Shown: positions 9,889-20,186 of the stretch, piece after piece
Layout of the letters: each line of letters starts with the position of its first letter
Position numbering within the stretch: the first letter of the stretch is position 1
Source: Giardia intestinalis
Taxonomy: Eukaryota
Direction: 5' to 3' (one strand)
DNA length: 64,000 bases
Assembly (NCBI GenBank): GCA_000002435.2
Contig: CM018792.1
Notes under the pieces: model-generated
What the model was told of the DNA's origin: nothing
What the model saw: the letters and a program-made list of their open reading frames with translations, nothing else
The model's database searches: none
Position numbers and translations under genes: made by a program

Positions 9889-10641
9889 TCAATCTGGCAA
9901 TGCGTCATTTCTGAACCAAAGAGAGCCATTACCAACAATTAGTGGGTGACTCAACAAGTGCTTAAAAGAAAATTCATCGGCTAGTAGAAGACCGGTGAAA
10001 TTCTGATAGTGAGATAAGTTGACTAGTGACAACGCTAAGCTGAATCTGTCTATGTGTGGTATTCCAGTGACAGGATCTGAAAACGCACTGTAGCTGGACT
10101 CGTTTTTCATGGAGCTGCTGATTCCGACGTACCAACTCTCGCCCTGAAGAATATCAATGAACGACGCTGCGTGACACGAGTCAACAAGAATGCAGAGGTA
10201 GGTAAAGCGACCTGCACCTTTCAGCGCATAGAGCACTCGCTCGAGGCTTTGCTTGTAGAGGATTGAAGAGTCTTGGAACCGAATGAACCCGGGAGACCCG
10301 TGACCAGCAAAGTACAAGACAAGAGTGTCTACCTGCGGAAGCGAAGCAGTATCCCACAGCTCCACAGATAAAAAGCGCAGGAATCTCTCTGGGCTGAGTT
10401 CATGCGGATGTATCACTTGATGGATAGCGTTCCTAAAATTAGAGTTCAATTGGAGCCAGCTGTGAGTAGGATCGTTGGCATACAGCAGGATGCTTTTATC
10501 GATCAAACCACTATTCATCAAAGTGCTATCAATTGTGGCTATGTCTACGTAGTGACGACTGTCCCAAAAAGCCCTAGATGTGTCCACACCGAGCAAGACA
10601 GTGGTGGCACTTATAAAATTACAAACCATAAACCATAGCAT
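9889..10641 (-). CDS. GPI8: GPI-anchor transamidase catalytic subunit GPI8 (peptidase C13 family), short form without C-terminal TM
   Basis: Catalytic His region LVLYFAGHGSPGFIRFQD aligns to GPI8 YMTGHGG.GFLKFQD. Catalytic Cys region LCILVDSCHAASF aligns to FIIDTCQGASM. The N-terminal block FWDSRHYVDIATIDSTL aligns to FWFNYRHVANTLSVY of human PIGK. The ORF-track start at 10680 is TTG; the first ATG at 10641 gives signal peptide MLWFMVCNFISATTVLLG and is preceded by cttttattattcatt. Confidence 0.8.
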   Translation of the reverse strand: MLWFMVCNFISATTVLLGVDTSRAFWDSRHYVDIATIDSTLMNSGLIDKSILLYANDPTHSWLQLNSNFRNAIHQVIHPHELSPERFLRFLSVELWDTASLPQVDTLVLYFAGHGSPGFIRFQDSSILYKQSLERVLYALKGAGRFTYLCILVDSCHAASFIDILQGESWYVGISSSMKNESSYSAFSDPVTGIPHIDRFSLALSLVNLSHYQNFTGLLLADEFSFKHLLSHPLIVGNGSLWFRNDALPD

Positions 10642-10752
10642 AATGAATAATAAAAGCGATGGACATACGCTACGGTACAATAAAATCTGAGAGCCTTAAG
10701 CAGGTTTGTAGACCTCTTAGTATTGAGAAGGTCTACAAGGATCCACGAGAAT

Positions 10753-13401
10753 CTACAAGAAAAAAGCGTAAAGCTTTCCGTCATGGGTGCCACCGATGAG
10801 TGCTCCTGTGCTGGAGGCGGCTAGCCAGCCAGTGGGAGAGCGGGCTCTGAAGATAGCGGAACTGTCAAAGACTATTCCTGACGTCCGAATGTCATATATT
10901 AGAATGCGTCCTTCATCTCCGGAAACGGCGAGACCGTTGCACTTGGGAAGAAACGCTACTCGTGGATTCGCTTTTACTGCCGATACTCCACTGAATAGTC
11001 GAATTGGTTGTTCAAGTGTCTGCCGCGCATCGTACAGCGCCACTTCTCCAGCTGTCATGCCAGAAGCACTAGTAGCAAAGATGTTCTCTGTCATGGACCC
11101 TAGGCAGGTATATGCCAGGTCAGGCAAGAAGACAGAAGGGGTCCTAGCATGCGGAGACACCTCGTTGCTTATTGTAGCCACCTTCTTCATGCGCGCAATG
11201 TCAACAACGCTCAAGGTATCAGATGGACCATTCTTATCCGATCTTGAATGAGTAAGGAAGCAAACTGGCGACTTGAAGCGAGTAAAGCAGGCACCCCCAT
11301 AAATCACTGATGGGAGACTCAAAACGGTCAGCTCAGTGTACGCCGGTTCCGTACAAGAAGCGCTGTCAGAGAAGCTTCCAGACACATCATATCTGTAGGC
11401 ATAAAGTGACGTATTTGCTGCAGCCAGGCACAGGCCCTCAGTGTCACATCGTGGCCAAATAAATGAGCACCATGCTGTCTCGTGGGGAGAGGCTTTACGA
11501 GGTTCGATTGAGAGGAGTTCCTTTCTGTTGCTCGCTATTGTTCGCCACACTCCTAGCGAGGCGTTTATGCCAGGAGTCAAAAGTAACTGGGAGCTCACAT
11601 GGGAGCTAAATGATGTTATGCGTGTAGAGGGAACGATGGACATCTTAAGCTTTAATGAGGGCCCCTTTTCTGTCGATGTTTTCGTGTATAGACTTATACA
11701 GTTGTCACTGGAGAGGTAAGCCAACGTCCCATCGTCCAAAGCCTCTGCATAAATAATCGGGCTGGATGTGGAAATGACCGCTAGCTGCTTCAGCCGCGAG
11801 TACCGCTTTAAAACCTCTTCCTCTTTGCCCAAGGAAGTAAGACTGGAAGTATTGTTTGGGAGCGATACCTGCTTTTGCTTGCTCAGTTTTTCCTGCTTGA
11901 GCTTCTGCTGCTCACTCCACGGAATAGAAGACGCATATCCAGATGACCTTACCTTATTCGTTGCTATTCGCCCTGTCCCTGCAGAAGCGGTTCTCTTTGC
12001 TTGCAATGAAGAAGCGACTTGTGATGACCTGGAAGGTACACTGGGCGCTCCCAGCTTGGTTCCACGCACAATCCGAGGATGCTGTGGGTTTAGAACTGAC
12101 GTGATGGGAAGAAACCATGTGTGCCCATCACAACTCTTCTGAAAGTCGTCAAATATAAGATCATACGCTTTCGGTTTTGGAGCATAGCCAATGGATAACC
12201 TTGTAAGAAGAGAGGCGTCGGTTGTATGAGCCCGAACTGCTACCATGCGGCTATGAAACAAATAAAGTTTTCGATTAGATGCCTCAATAATATAGAAATG
12301 GCTGCATCCATCCCTCCATTCAAAGACGGAAGACAAGACACTGTATGTACCCTTGCACTCCCTGGCAAGACACATTTCTAAACTCTCCGGGTCTTGATCA
12401 TCTCGTTCCGCTAAAGCAACGTTGCTGGGAGCGAGCGAGTTTGTCGGGACACCAAAGACCCCAACGTCTGTATCAACGAAAAGGGTTGTGGCAAGCATGA
12501 CATCGGGCTCCTCCAGAAGCTCATTTCTCGGCTGCACAGAGTCACGAGACTGGCCTAGACCGGCAGTAAAGATTTTGCTGGCCCCAAGGAAATACCCCAG
12601 CGGGATCTGCTGATCTGAAAACAGTTTGAGTGAGAGCTCAGGGCCGGCCTCACTCTGTGTAACTGAAAGGGTCTGCTTGTAAGGAATCACAGTGATATTT
12701 GTGTCGTTATATGCCACGATGTGTGTTTTGTCGTACCATAGTCCTGTTGGAATAAATGACAAGTGAAGTAAGGACTTGAACTCTCCCACAGCTATAGAAT
12801 TGTCTTCTTTAGAATAAGTAAATGTGAGGGTTGCAATGGACTGGTTTTTGCAGCCTAAGATTCCAGCGTATAACCGAGCACCCGACGACGAAACGGTTTG
12901 CTTCACTATTCCCACAGAGAAGAAATTGTCCTGGCGGTTGATGTAGGTGAACGAGGAAACATACACAAAGATGTCTTCAGAAATAGCGTAGATCAACACA
13001 TCATTGAGTAAAGTGCATATTAGGAAAGCTTCGTCATTGGAGACCGCCAGACACGTCCCAGACACAGGCCTTCCAGCAAGAGGGACCTGGGTTCTTTTCG
13101 TAAGTCTAGACTCGTGCTGCTGGGTCTCTCTAGCGCTTTGGAGAGACCAAGAAAAAAGACCCAGATCAAATCCGTTGTCTGAACGGTACACCACGGCGAG
13201 GAGGCAATTTAAAGTGGAAAGGATGCAGGCCTGTGGACTCTGGCAGCCCGCTCTAAACGTGAATGGTCGCGGGAGAGCCCGTATATGAACAGCTGCCTCG
13301 TGACCACCTACGACTGCACAGACATTTTCAGCAACACAGAAGGACGTGTACGCCTTGAGCGGAAGCTCTATCAGCTTCTCCGGGCTCTGTATAATCTGCA
13401 T
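10753..13401 (-). CDS. Large hypothetical protein, probable WD40/beta-propeller repeats
   Basis: Uninterrupted ~880-codon frame. Several WD-like blocks, e.g. GDEGRILIYDIRTSG and GGTHDGKLYAFF. The ORF-track start at 13455 is TTG; the first ATG at 13401 (MQIIQSPEKL) has an AT-rich upstream. Confidence 0.4.
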   Translation of the reverse strand: MQIIQSPEKLIELPLKAYTSFCVAENVCAVVGGHEAAVHIRALPRPFTFRAGCQSPQACILSTLNCLLAVVYRSDNGFDLGLFSWSLQSARETQQHESRLTKRTQVPLAGRPVSGTCLAVSNDEAFLICTLLNDVLIYAISEDIFVYVSSFTYINRQDNFFSVGIVKQTVSSSGARLYAGILGCKNQSIATLTFTYSKEDNSIAVGEFKSLLHLSFIPTGLWYDKTHIVAYNDTNITVIPYKQTLSVTQSEAGPELSLKLFSDQQIPLGYFLGASKIFTAGLGQSRDSVQPRNELLEEPDVMLATTLFVDTDVGVFGVPTNSLAPSNVALAERDDQDPESLEMCLARECKGTYSVLSSVFEWRDGCSHFYIIEASNRKLYLFHSRMVAVRAHTTDASLLTRLSIGYAPKPKAYDLIFDDFQKSCDGHTWFLPITSVLNPQHPRIVRGTKLGAPSVPSRSSQVASSLQAKRTASAGTGRIATNKVRSSGYASSIPWSEQQKLKQEKLSKQKQVSLPNNTSSLTSLGKEEEVLKRYSRLKQLAVISTSSPIIYAEALDDGTLAYLSSDNCISLYTKTSTEKGPSLKLKMSIVPSTRITSFSSHVSSQLLLTPGINASLGVWRTIASNRKELLSIEPRKASPHETAWCSFIWPRCDTEGLCLAAANTSLYAYRYDVSGSFSDSASCTEPAYTELTVLSLPSVIYGGACFTRFKSPVCFLTHSRSDKNGPSDTLSVVDIARMKKVATISNEVSPHARTPSVFLPDLAYTCLGSMTENIFATSASGMTAGEVALYDARQTLEQPIRLFSGVSAVKANPRVAFLPKCNGLAVSGDEGRILIYDIRTSGIVFDSSAIFRARSPTGWLAASSTGALIGGTHDGKLYAFFL

Positions 13402-13984
13402 AATCCGTGCTGTTTTTACCTCAAAACTTAAAATCCTTTTGTTTCTAAGGTCCAAGACACCATTCTCATAATCATAAGTGCAGCGGAATTTGAAGTTCTA
13501 TAATAAGCCTGTAAGAAAATAAAACCCCAACGTTTAAAAATACAATCCGAACCTTTACGAACTTAGCTTCATAAGGTTCGTACATAAGAAGGGAGAAAAT
13601 TTGGGAAAAAAGAACAGTCAACCAATCAGTATAAACACAAGCTTAAACTCTGTGTCTGAGTATCTGTACAATGACGACTCTCCAGTCATCGCTGATGCAG
13701 ATTGGTGTGCACATCGAATCGTCAAAGTAGAGGGCCGTACGAGAACGTTCCTAGAGACCTTGGATGTTTATTCGCATTTGCAGAAAGTTGTTGATAGAAG
13801 AGTCAAAGCAAATATTGCTGGCATTGCTGTGCGGGGTGGGACCTGGGCTGATACTCGAAGAAATGCCTGGTTACTGGGGCCCAAGGCAAGGCTTGCTGCC
13901 CTCCGTGTTGAAGCCACAGACAAGCTTCTGGAAAGGGCAGAGTCCAGGGCATCGTCTAGAAGATGCTGCACATGCTTTCACAGA

Positions 13985-15841
13985 ATGATCCTTGAAAGGT
14001 ACAAACGATTATGGACAGCCAAGCTTTCGCTGTTCGAAGAAGACCATTCTCCGTACAGGCAAATACTACTAGCATCCCTGCCTATTATGGGCTCTCTCTT
14101 TCTTGTCTCCTTCTACACCATAGTAGATACAATTATTATTTCACGGCACAACGGTACGCGAGAAATAGCCTCTGTGCTTAATTTTCTACCTTTCGAGCAA
14201 ATCCTCACGCTCAGCCCCATGCAGGCTCTGGGAACTGCAACAGCATCTCAGATATCTGTTGCTATAGGGGCTAAGAACTTCCCAGATGCAGAGATGATCT
14301 TTTCGATATTCTTTGTTGTGGGCTGCTGCATTGCTGTGCTTGTACCGCTTGTTTGTGTCCCTATCTTGCCGTTGGTTCTTCCCAGCTTAGGCGTCATACA
14401 GGAATATGTTCGTGATGTTTTGCGCTATGGTTACATTGCAATGGCCTGCATGCCCTTATGCAACTTTCTAGGACCTGCCATGGTGCCTATTCTCCGTTGT
14501 GAGAACAAGGCCGGCTTGGTCATGCTTCGACAGATCCTGGGAGTAGTCCTCAACATTATCCTTGATCTTATTTTCATCACTGCCCTGCACTTGGGGAACA
14601 GTGGTGCGGCCATAGCGACGGCAATCTCCATGCTTATCACGGGAGCGTGGATCTCCTCTCACTTCTTTATCTGTAAGCAAGCAAAGCTAAAAGCTGAGCA
14701 GGAAAACAGAACGAGATTTATCATTTTCAATCCAGTCCACATTCGCTGTGCCAAGAAGCAGCTTTCTTTGGTCTGCCGTATACTCGGGTTAACCGTTTCA
14801 AGCTATATTCAGTTTTTTCTGTTGAGCTTTGGCGCTCTCCTTTCTCTCTTTCTTCACAAGTATTGGATGCCAGATGCTGTAGCCCACGTCCGACAAGTCG
14901 GAGTTTCAATCGCTGCTCGAACGACTCTCATCTTGTCTAATCCTATCTCTGGTCTTCAAAATGGCATTCTTCCTGTTCTGGGATATACTGTGGGCCAGAA
15001 GTCCCCACGACGCATCTATGAGGTTTCTAAAGCCGGCCTAGTGATTCTTCTCATAGCGACAAGTGCGCAACTTATTCTATTTCAGCTCTTGGCTCCCTTT
15101 GTTATTCGCATATATAATCTTGACAGCGCCTACTATACCGCAGGCGTTCGGGCCCTGAGAATCCTCAACGCCATGGTTCCTATGCTAAGCTTTTCCACAT
15201 TGGCACTAGTCCTGTTTCAGGTTCAAAAGAAGCAGTATCATGCACTTGGGTTGCAGATGGTAAAGGTTGGCATGCAGGTGCTTTGGCAGCTCGTTGTTCC
15301 TTATATCCAGAAGGACTCAAAGGAGCTCGTGGCAGGCGTTCCTTTTTCAGACGCAGTCACAGGCGTCATCGGTCTTGGTATCATCATCGTGGAGTTCCGG
15401 CGCATGAAACAGAGAGCCAAGCAGGAGCTCGATGCTAAATTCGCCCACACGCGTATCCTTAGGACCTTCGATCTTTCAAAGGATGTACCGCAATCCGATA
15501 CTGGTCAGATGACGATGATATATCGGGGAAACGGTGGCTTGAAAAAGAGATGCAAGCCACTGGCATATGTAGATAGGAGGTCGCAATCCATCGAGATGGT
15601 AAAGGTGTCCAGCACTACAGCGCTCCCAATCGACGATGACGGCGCTTTCAGACCTCCTAGTTGGCCCGACCTGGTTACAGCTAGTAACCCGTGTAACCTC
15701 TGTTGTGCTTCGCCACTGACTATGCATCAATCGCGCGGTAAGGACATAGACATAGAACTCAGTAGCGACATAAGCGAGCTCAATGGAGAAAACCTTCCGT
15801 GTTACTATGTGTCATCACCTCAGCGTGCAAACAAAAAATAA
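13985..15841 (+). CDS. Multi-pass membrane transporter, MATE/MOP-superfamily-like
   Basis: About 12 predicted hydrophobic helices. TM1-2 region IVDTIIISRHNGTREIASV...ALGTATASQISVAIGAKNFPDAEMIF resembles the MATE N-lobe, including the Q.(I/L)GA.....A motif. The first in-frame ATG is at 13985, but the frame stays open (no ATG) back to 13601. Confidence 0.5.
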   Translation: MILERYKRLWTAKLSLFEEDHSPYRQILLASLPIMGSLFLVSFYTIVDTIIISRHNGTREIASVLNFLPFEQILTLSPMQALGTATASQISVAIGAKNFPDAEMIFSIFFVVGCCIAVLVPLVCVPILPLVLPSLGVIQEYVRDVLRYGYIAMACMPLCNFLGPAMVPILRCENKAGLVMLRQILGVVLNIILDLIFITALHLGNSGAAIATAISMLITGAWISSHFFICKQAKLKAEQENRTRFIIFNPVHIRCAKKQLSLVCRILGLTVSSYIQFFLLSFGALLSLFLHKYWMPDAVAHVRQVGVSIAARTTLILSNPISGLQNGILPVLGYTVGQKSPRRIYEVSKAGLVILLIATSAQLILFQLLAPFVIRIYNLDSAYYTAGVRALRILNAMVPMLSFSTLALVLFQVQKKQYHALGLQMVKVGMQVLWQLVVPYIQKDSKELVAGVPFSDAVTGVIGLGIIIVEFRRMKQRAKQELDAKFAHTRILRTFDLSKDVPQSDTGQMTMIYRGNGGLKKRCKPLAYVDRRSQSIEMVKVSSTTALPIDDDGAFRPPSWPDLVTASNPCNLCCASPLTMHQSRGKDIDIELSSDISELNGENLPCYYVSSPQRANKK

Positions 15842-15852
15842 AAGCAACGAGC

Positions 15853-16194
15853 ATGGCCAGCGAGGAATCTCATTTATCTACGATCTCTAACAAAGCAAAA
15901 AGCCCCCTGTGCAGCCACGAAGAAGATTCTGACCTTCCTATCCCCCCTAAGTTCTGCTGTGACTGCCATATGAAGACTTTTAGTACCCTTGAGCTGTGGC
16001 TTATCTGGATATTTACTCTGCCTCTCTTTCCTCTCATACTATTCTTTACTCTTGTGATAGCCTTCCAGCCCTTGGAGTACGGCATCTTCACGAGAACGAG
16101 TTTCTTCCTCGGGTGTCTGCTGTCCGGGATCTTCACAATTTGCATCTTTGGGCTGCTCATAGGGAAAGGCATGTATGTTGTGAATCTTGACTAG
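15853..16194 (+). CDS. Small hypothetical membrane protein (113 aa, two hydrophobic helices)
   Basis: ATG at 15853 preceded by the strongly AT-rich aacaaaaaataaaagcaacgagc. The ORF-track start at 15799 is GTG and overlaps the upstream gene end. Hydrophobic segments LWLIWIFTLPLFPLILFFTLVIAF and FFLGCLLSGIFTICIFGLLIG. Confidence 0.35.
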   Translation: MASEESHLSTISNKAKSPLCSHEEDSDLPIPPKFCCDCHMKTFSTLELWLIWIFTLPLFPLILFFTLVIAFQPLEYGIFTRTSFFLGCLLSGIFTICIFGLLIGKGMYVVNLD

Positions 16195-16365
16195 CTGTGA
16201 GGCTCTTTGTTTGTGATGCTTGCATAGATGGGGCCGCGAGAGGATTGCATTGCAGATCTTTAACCTTTAAGTTGTTGGGTTATTGAGTCATCATGCATTG
16301 AAATGTTGCATCTTTTGAAAATTACTTTTTGACTTAGCGGCAAGTCCATTTAACGACAAGTTCGT

Positions 16366-17409
16366 ATGACAACAAAAGACATCGAAAGCGTCGTCGCAGA
16401 ATGGGATCTGGAAAGGCGCCAGAGGGAAGATATCGAGTCAATTGTGGTGGAGCTGCTCGCTGCCGCTGACGCGAAAATTGCTGATACGCATACTCCATAC
16501 GATGTTATTGCAGCTGAGTTCTTACTAGAGACTATAGCCAACGCAGTAATGCTCTCCATTCCTACCCCGTCGCCCCCGGCCGTTCCTAAACTGACCATCT
16601 GTACAACTGCGCCTGGCGTCAACGACAGCGCTGTGACCAACGCGGTCACAAAGGTCTCTGAGAATATTGCGACTAAGTCGGTCGTGAAGACGCACTATGC
16701 CTCCCGGATCCAGGTCAACCAGGCCTCTGTTCAGCTTGTCGACCCTAGTTCTGACAAGGTGAAGATAGCGTCCACCCTTGATGATGTTCCGCTGACAGGA
16801 CAGTTTGACCCTGCAACGATCAAGTTCCTTCGGCCCGCCTCAAATGCGGGGGCACGAAAGCATGCGATGGAGCGTCTCGGGAAGGATGCCAGGAACAACC
16901 GAACCAGAAACACGATAACGCAGCAGCACAGTGACAGAAAGCAAGAGATTCTCGACCTTCTCAATGTCAACACAAAGGGCTCGTATGCAGTGCGCAAGAA
17001 GAAGATTGAAGAGCTTCCAGACAACTTGTACTATGTTGTCGACTCAGCTGGAAAGATCATCGGGCTGTTCAAGAACCAACCCCCGGCACAGTTAGCGCAG
17101 ATATCCGAGATGGCTGTCAAGGCTAAGAACGCAAAGGTGGTTGGCACAAACCGCAACACAGACCTTAACGCAGACCTCCGTCACCTTTCCGAGTCAGAGA
17201 TACGCTCCGAGGCAACGTCCATGATCAAGTCACAGATTAATGATGATGTCTCGTCCATCGGCAAGTCTCTGACTACGTTCCAAAAGGACAACGTAAACGT
17301 CCTGTCAATCCTTGTTCCGTCCCAAGGAGTCATTTTCAAGGGCGATGGAAAGGTGAAGAAGGGCCCCATAGACGAGCGGGTACGGAACGGAATGCGGGGC
17401 CAGCACTGA
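16366..17409 (+). CDS. Hypothetical protein (347 aa)
   Basis: Long uninterrupted ORF with ATG start. No recognisable domain. Confidence 0.4.
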   Translation: MTTKDIESVVAEWDLERRQREDIESIVVELLAAADAKIADTHTPYDVIAAEFLLETIANAVMLSIPTPSPPAVPKLTICTTAPGVNDSAVTNAVTKVSENIATKSVVKTHYASRIQVNQASVQLVDPSSDKVKIASTLDDVPLTGQFDPATIKFLRPASNAGARKHAMERLGKDARNNRTRNTITQQHSDRKQEILDLLNVNTKGSYAVRKKKIEELPDNLYYVVDSAGKIIGLFKNQPPAQLAQISEMAVKAKNAKVVGTNRNTDLNADLRHLSESEIRSEATSMIKSQINDDVSSIGKSLTTFQKDNVNVLSILVPSQGVIFKGDGKVKKGPIDERVRNGMRGQH

Positions 17410-17796
17410 GAGTCGCCTGCTTCATCCGTGGTTGGCACCTCCACTGTCGCAATCGTACTGTTACAGTGAACTTATCCTGCCTCTTGCTAGGCTTTATGTG
17501 CAATGAGTTTCACCCATTAATTTCTGTCAATCTCGGTCTCAACGGCCTGACGCCTTTTGCATATCTTTTGTCACGGATTTACTAGTAGTGGAAAAGCATG
17601 TTCTATACCCTGCTAAACCGAGATGCCTCTGGTTCTAGAAATATCCAAAAGCTCAGAACCAGAAACCCAGTAAGGCTTGAGCGAACAGTTCAATTTCCAA
17701 TAGACGACAAAGAGGTATTTACATATAGGCCCATTGCTCAGACGCTTTACCTCGACACCCACACGAAGACAGAGAAAGGATACCAGACGCAAGCCC

Positions 17797-20109
17797 TTAG
17801 TTGCTCCACATGTTTCCAAACTGTGCATAGATATCACCGCCCTCTACATCAGCAACTGCAGCAGACAGCCCCGAGAGGCTAAAACCTGTATCCTCTTTAT
17901 CAGTTGTTGCGAAGTTACCAAAATTGCTGAAAAGGAAGTCTGAATTGTTGTCAGCACCAGAGGTCCAGGAGAAGGTAGTATCGTAGGTACCACCGGTCGC
18001 AGCATTAGCTTGACGGGTGGCCTCGGCGTAGTCAGATGATAGGCGAGCGTCTCCAAAAGTTTTCGGAATGGATTCTTCTGGCTCCAGATGAAGCTTGGAG
18101 AACTCTTTGAACGCTTCATTGTTGATCAGAAAGTTGCACATTGTCGCGTCAAGATCGGCGTAGCCCTCTGTTAGCAGGTTAGCCAAAGCAGGAACTGTCT
18201 GAGGACATGAAATTGTAGTGAGGGTTGCCGAGGTGTTGTTAGAAACGTACTTGCGCTTCTCATCCATGGCTGCTTCGTCGGAGAGCTTCACGCTAATGCG
18301 CAGAAATGCTCTTGCAAAGGTTATATAGTACGTTAGCTTACTATCTCGACGCTTGAACATGGTGTAGTCACTGGACACTTCGTGCATGTCTTTTAGGAGT
18401 GTGGTCTCCTTAAATATATGCATGGAAATCTTTGAGTTGTAGTTGACGAACTCTACCAGTGGCAGCAGTACACGACTAATCACAAAGTGGAGATTGCTGT
18501 GCTCAGGAAAGCGCTTAAAAAGTGTGATCATGAAGGCAGGGATTTGAAGATTGATCAGCTTTAATATTATACTTGACGTGGTAATAACAAATGGGACGAC
18601 GGATCCGTCCGATCCTATCTGAATTGTGTCCACGAATGGTGTGTCGGAGGTCCCACCAGCGCCTGCATGAGCAAAGTTGGAGAGACACGCATATCTACTG
18701 AAGTCGAACAAATTGTTGCTTGCGTTAGCATTGGCCTCACCTGCGATCCACTCCTGAACTGGATTAATGCCGGTTCGCTTGAAGTACAGCTGATCGCGAA
18801 TGTCTGCAGTGATAGCAAGCAACCGGCCGATCATCTTTATCATGTCAAAGCACCCTATGCCCAGCGTGTTAGGAGGTGCCATGTTCATCATGTAGTTGAG
18901 GCGCTCTGGTAGAAGACTGAACAATTGGATTACACGGAAAAATGTCGGAGCGAATGTGGCCTCTAGCTCGTCAATCTCCTTTATGCCGAGGGGTGTCAGT
19001 CTTGGCTCAGTAGTCAACGAAGACGGTGTGCCACTGACTCCGCTTGATGAACTCTTTTTGCTGTCTGCCTTTGCTTTGGAGCAGGAGGCTTGTTTAGGTA
19101 TATGTGCTTCTTCGATATATCCAAGGGCTTCCGCCATACGCTTCTTGTGAACGTCCTCCGGAATCTTCGCGTCAAAGATGACCTGGCTGAGCTCGTGATA
19201 CTTTAGGGCCAAGGTCGTGACAATACTGCTAAGGGCACATATCATAACGTCACTGGCTTGGGGAAGACGGAGAAGTGAGGGTCCATGGAGGTGCGACGAG
19301 AGAACGTACTCGGCAATAACAGGTACTCTGTCGATGATAACCTTATAGAGATACGGAACCCTTTTATATAAGATCTGAGAGAGAATGGAGCTGGCAGACG
19401 TTACGCATTCGAATGGAATGACGGATTTATCAGAGGAAGTCAGAAAAGCTACGAGAGCGTAAATCGTACCCGAAGACATGGCAAGCTCGGCAATACTCTT
19501 GCATGCATCGGGGCAGGTCTCCATGGTATCAATGAGAAACTCCCTCAGTGAGTTCGTGACACAGGAGTTGACGGTGTGAGCGACCCAGGCGCGCATGTAC
19601 CCAATGTTCGCCTTTAGAAACTCCACCAATGGCATCACTCGCTTGGGAGAGAAGAGTATTGCATGGATGAGCTTGTTGAAGCCATTATAAACAAACTGTT
19701 TGCAGAGATCCCCAGGAAGAAGGGGGTCCGTCGCACCTGTGGTTAACTTAGAAATGTTCCTCGTGAGAGCCTCAAAAGGCAGTTGCAGAAGCTCATGTGA
19801 TGCAACCAGATTAGGCAGAATATCTTTGAGATTCTCGGCGCAGGAGAAGACCTCTATTGCACGCTCGGTAATCTCATTCGACTCCTTAACGTTGAAGATA
19901 ATGCGAAGAAGCTTTTTGAGTGTAGCAGGCTTACTGAAATATTCGATCAAGATGTCGGATTGGCTGCGGAGCTCAAACGTAAGGGTCTTGACCTCCAAAA
20001 GCTTCTCAAGACTGTCTGTGGCGATGAGCTGATCTATCGAGGCATCTGCCTCTGACTGATCGTAGATCGACCAATATAGAGCCTGCGACATCCCGCCCTG
20101 TCCCAGCAT
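17797..20109 (-). CDS. Hypothetical protein (770 aa), alpha-solenoid (ARM/HEAT-like) N-terminal region
   Basis: ATG at 20109 preceded by gtattttggtgcacttttaat. Helical repeat-like N-terminal half, Ser/Lys-rich linker. No confident family. Confidence 0.4.
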   Translation of the reverse strand: MLGQGGMSQALYWSIYDQSEADASIDQLIATDSLEKLLEVKTLTFELRSQSDILIEYFSKPATLKKLLRIIFNVKESNEITERAIEVFSCAENLKDILPNLVASHELLQLPFEALTRNISKLTTGATDPLLPGDLCKQFVYNGFNKLIHAILFSPKRVMPLVEFLKANIGYMRAWVAHTVNSCVTNSLREFLIDTMETCPDACKSIAELAMSSGTIYALVAFLTSSDKSVIPFECVTSASSILSQILYKRVPYLYKVIIDRVPVIAEYVLSSHLHGPSLLRLPQASDVMICALSSIVTTLALKYHELSQVIFDAKIPEDVHKKRMAEALGYIEEAHIPKQASCSKAKADSKKSSSSGVSGTPSSLTTEPRLTPLGIKEIDELEATFAPTFFRVIQLFSLLPERLNYMMNMAPPNTLGIGCFDMIKMIGRLLAITADIRDQLYFKRTGINPVQEWIAGEANANASNNLFDFSRYACLSNFAHAGAGGTSDTPFVDTIQIGSDGSVVPFVITTSSIILKLINLQIPAFMITLFKRFPEHSNLHFVISRVLLPLVEFVNYNSKISMHIFKETTLLKDMHEVSSDYTMFKRRDSKLTYYITFARAFLRISVKLSDEAAMDEKRKYVSNNTSATLTTISCPQTVPALANLLTEGYADLDATMCNFLINNEAFKEFSKLHLEPEESIPKTFGDARLSSDYAEATRQANAATGGTYDTTFSWTSGADNNSDFLFSNFGNFATTDKEDTGFSLSGLSAAVADVEGGDIYAQFGNMWSN

Positions 20110-20186
20110 ATTAAAAGTGCACCAAAATACTTTTTATCCTCAGAACAGGGACTTTAGTTTTTTAAAGTAAGTGTCAAACACTAAGC

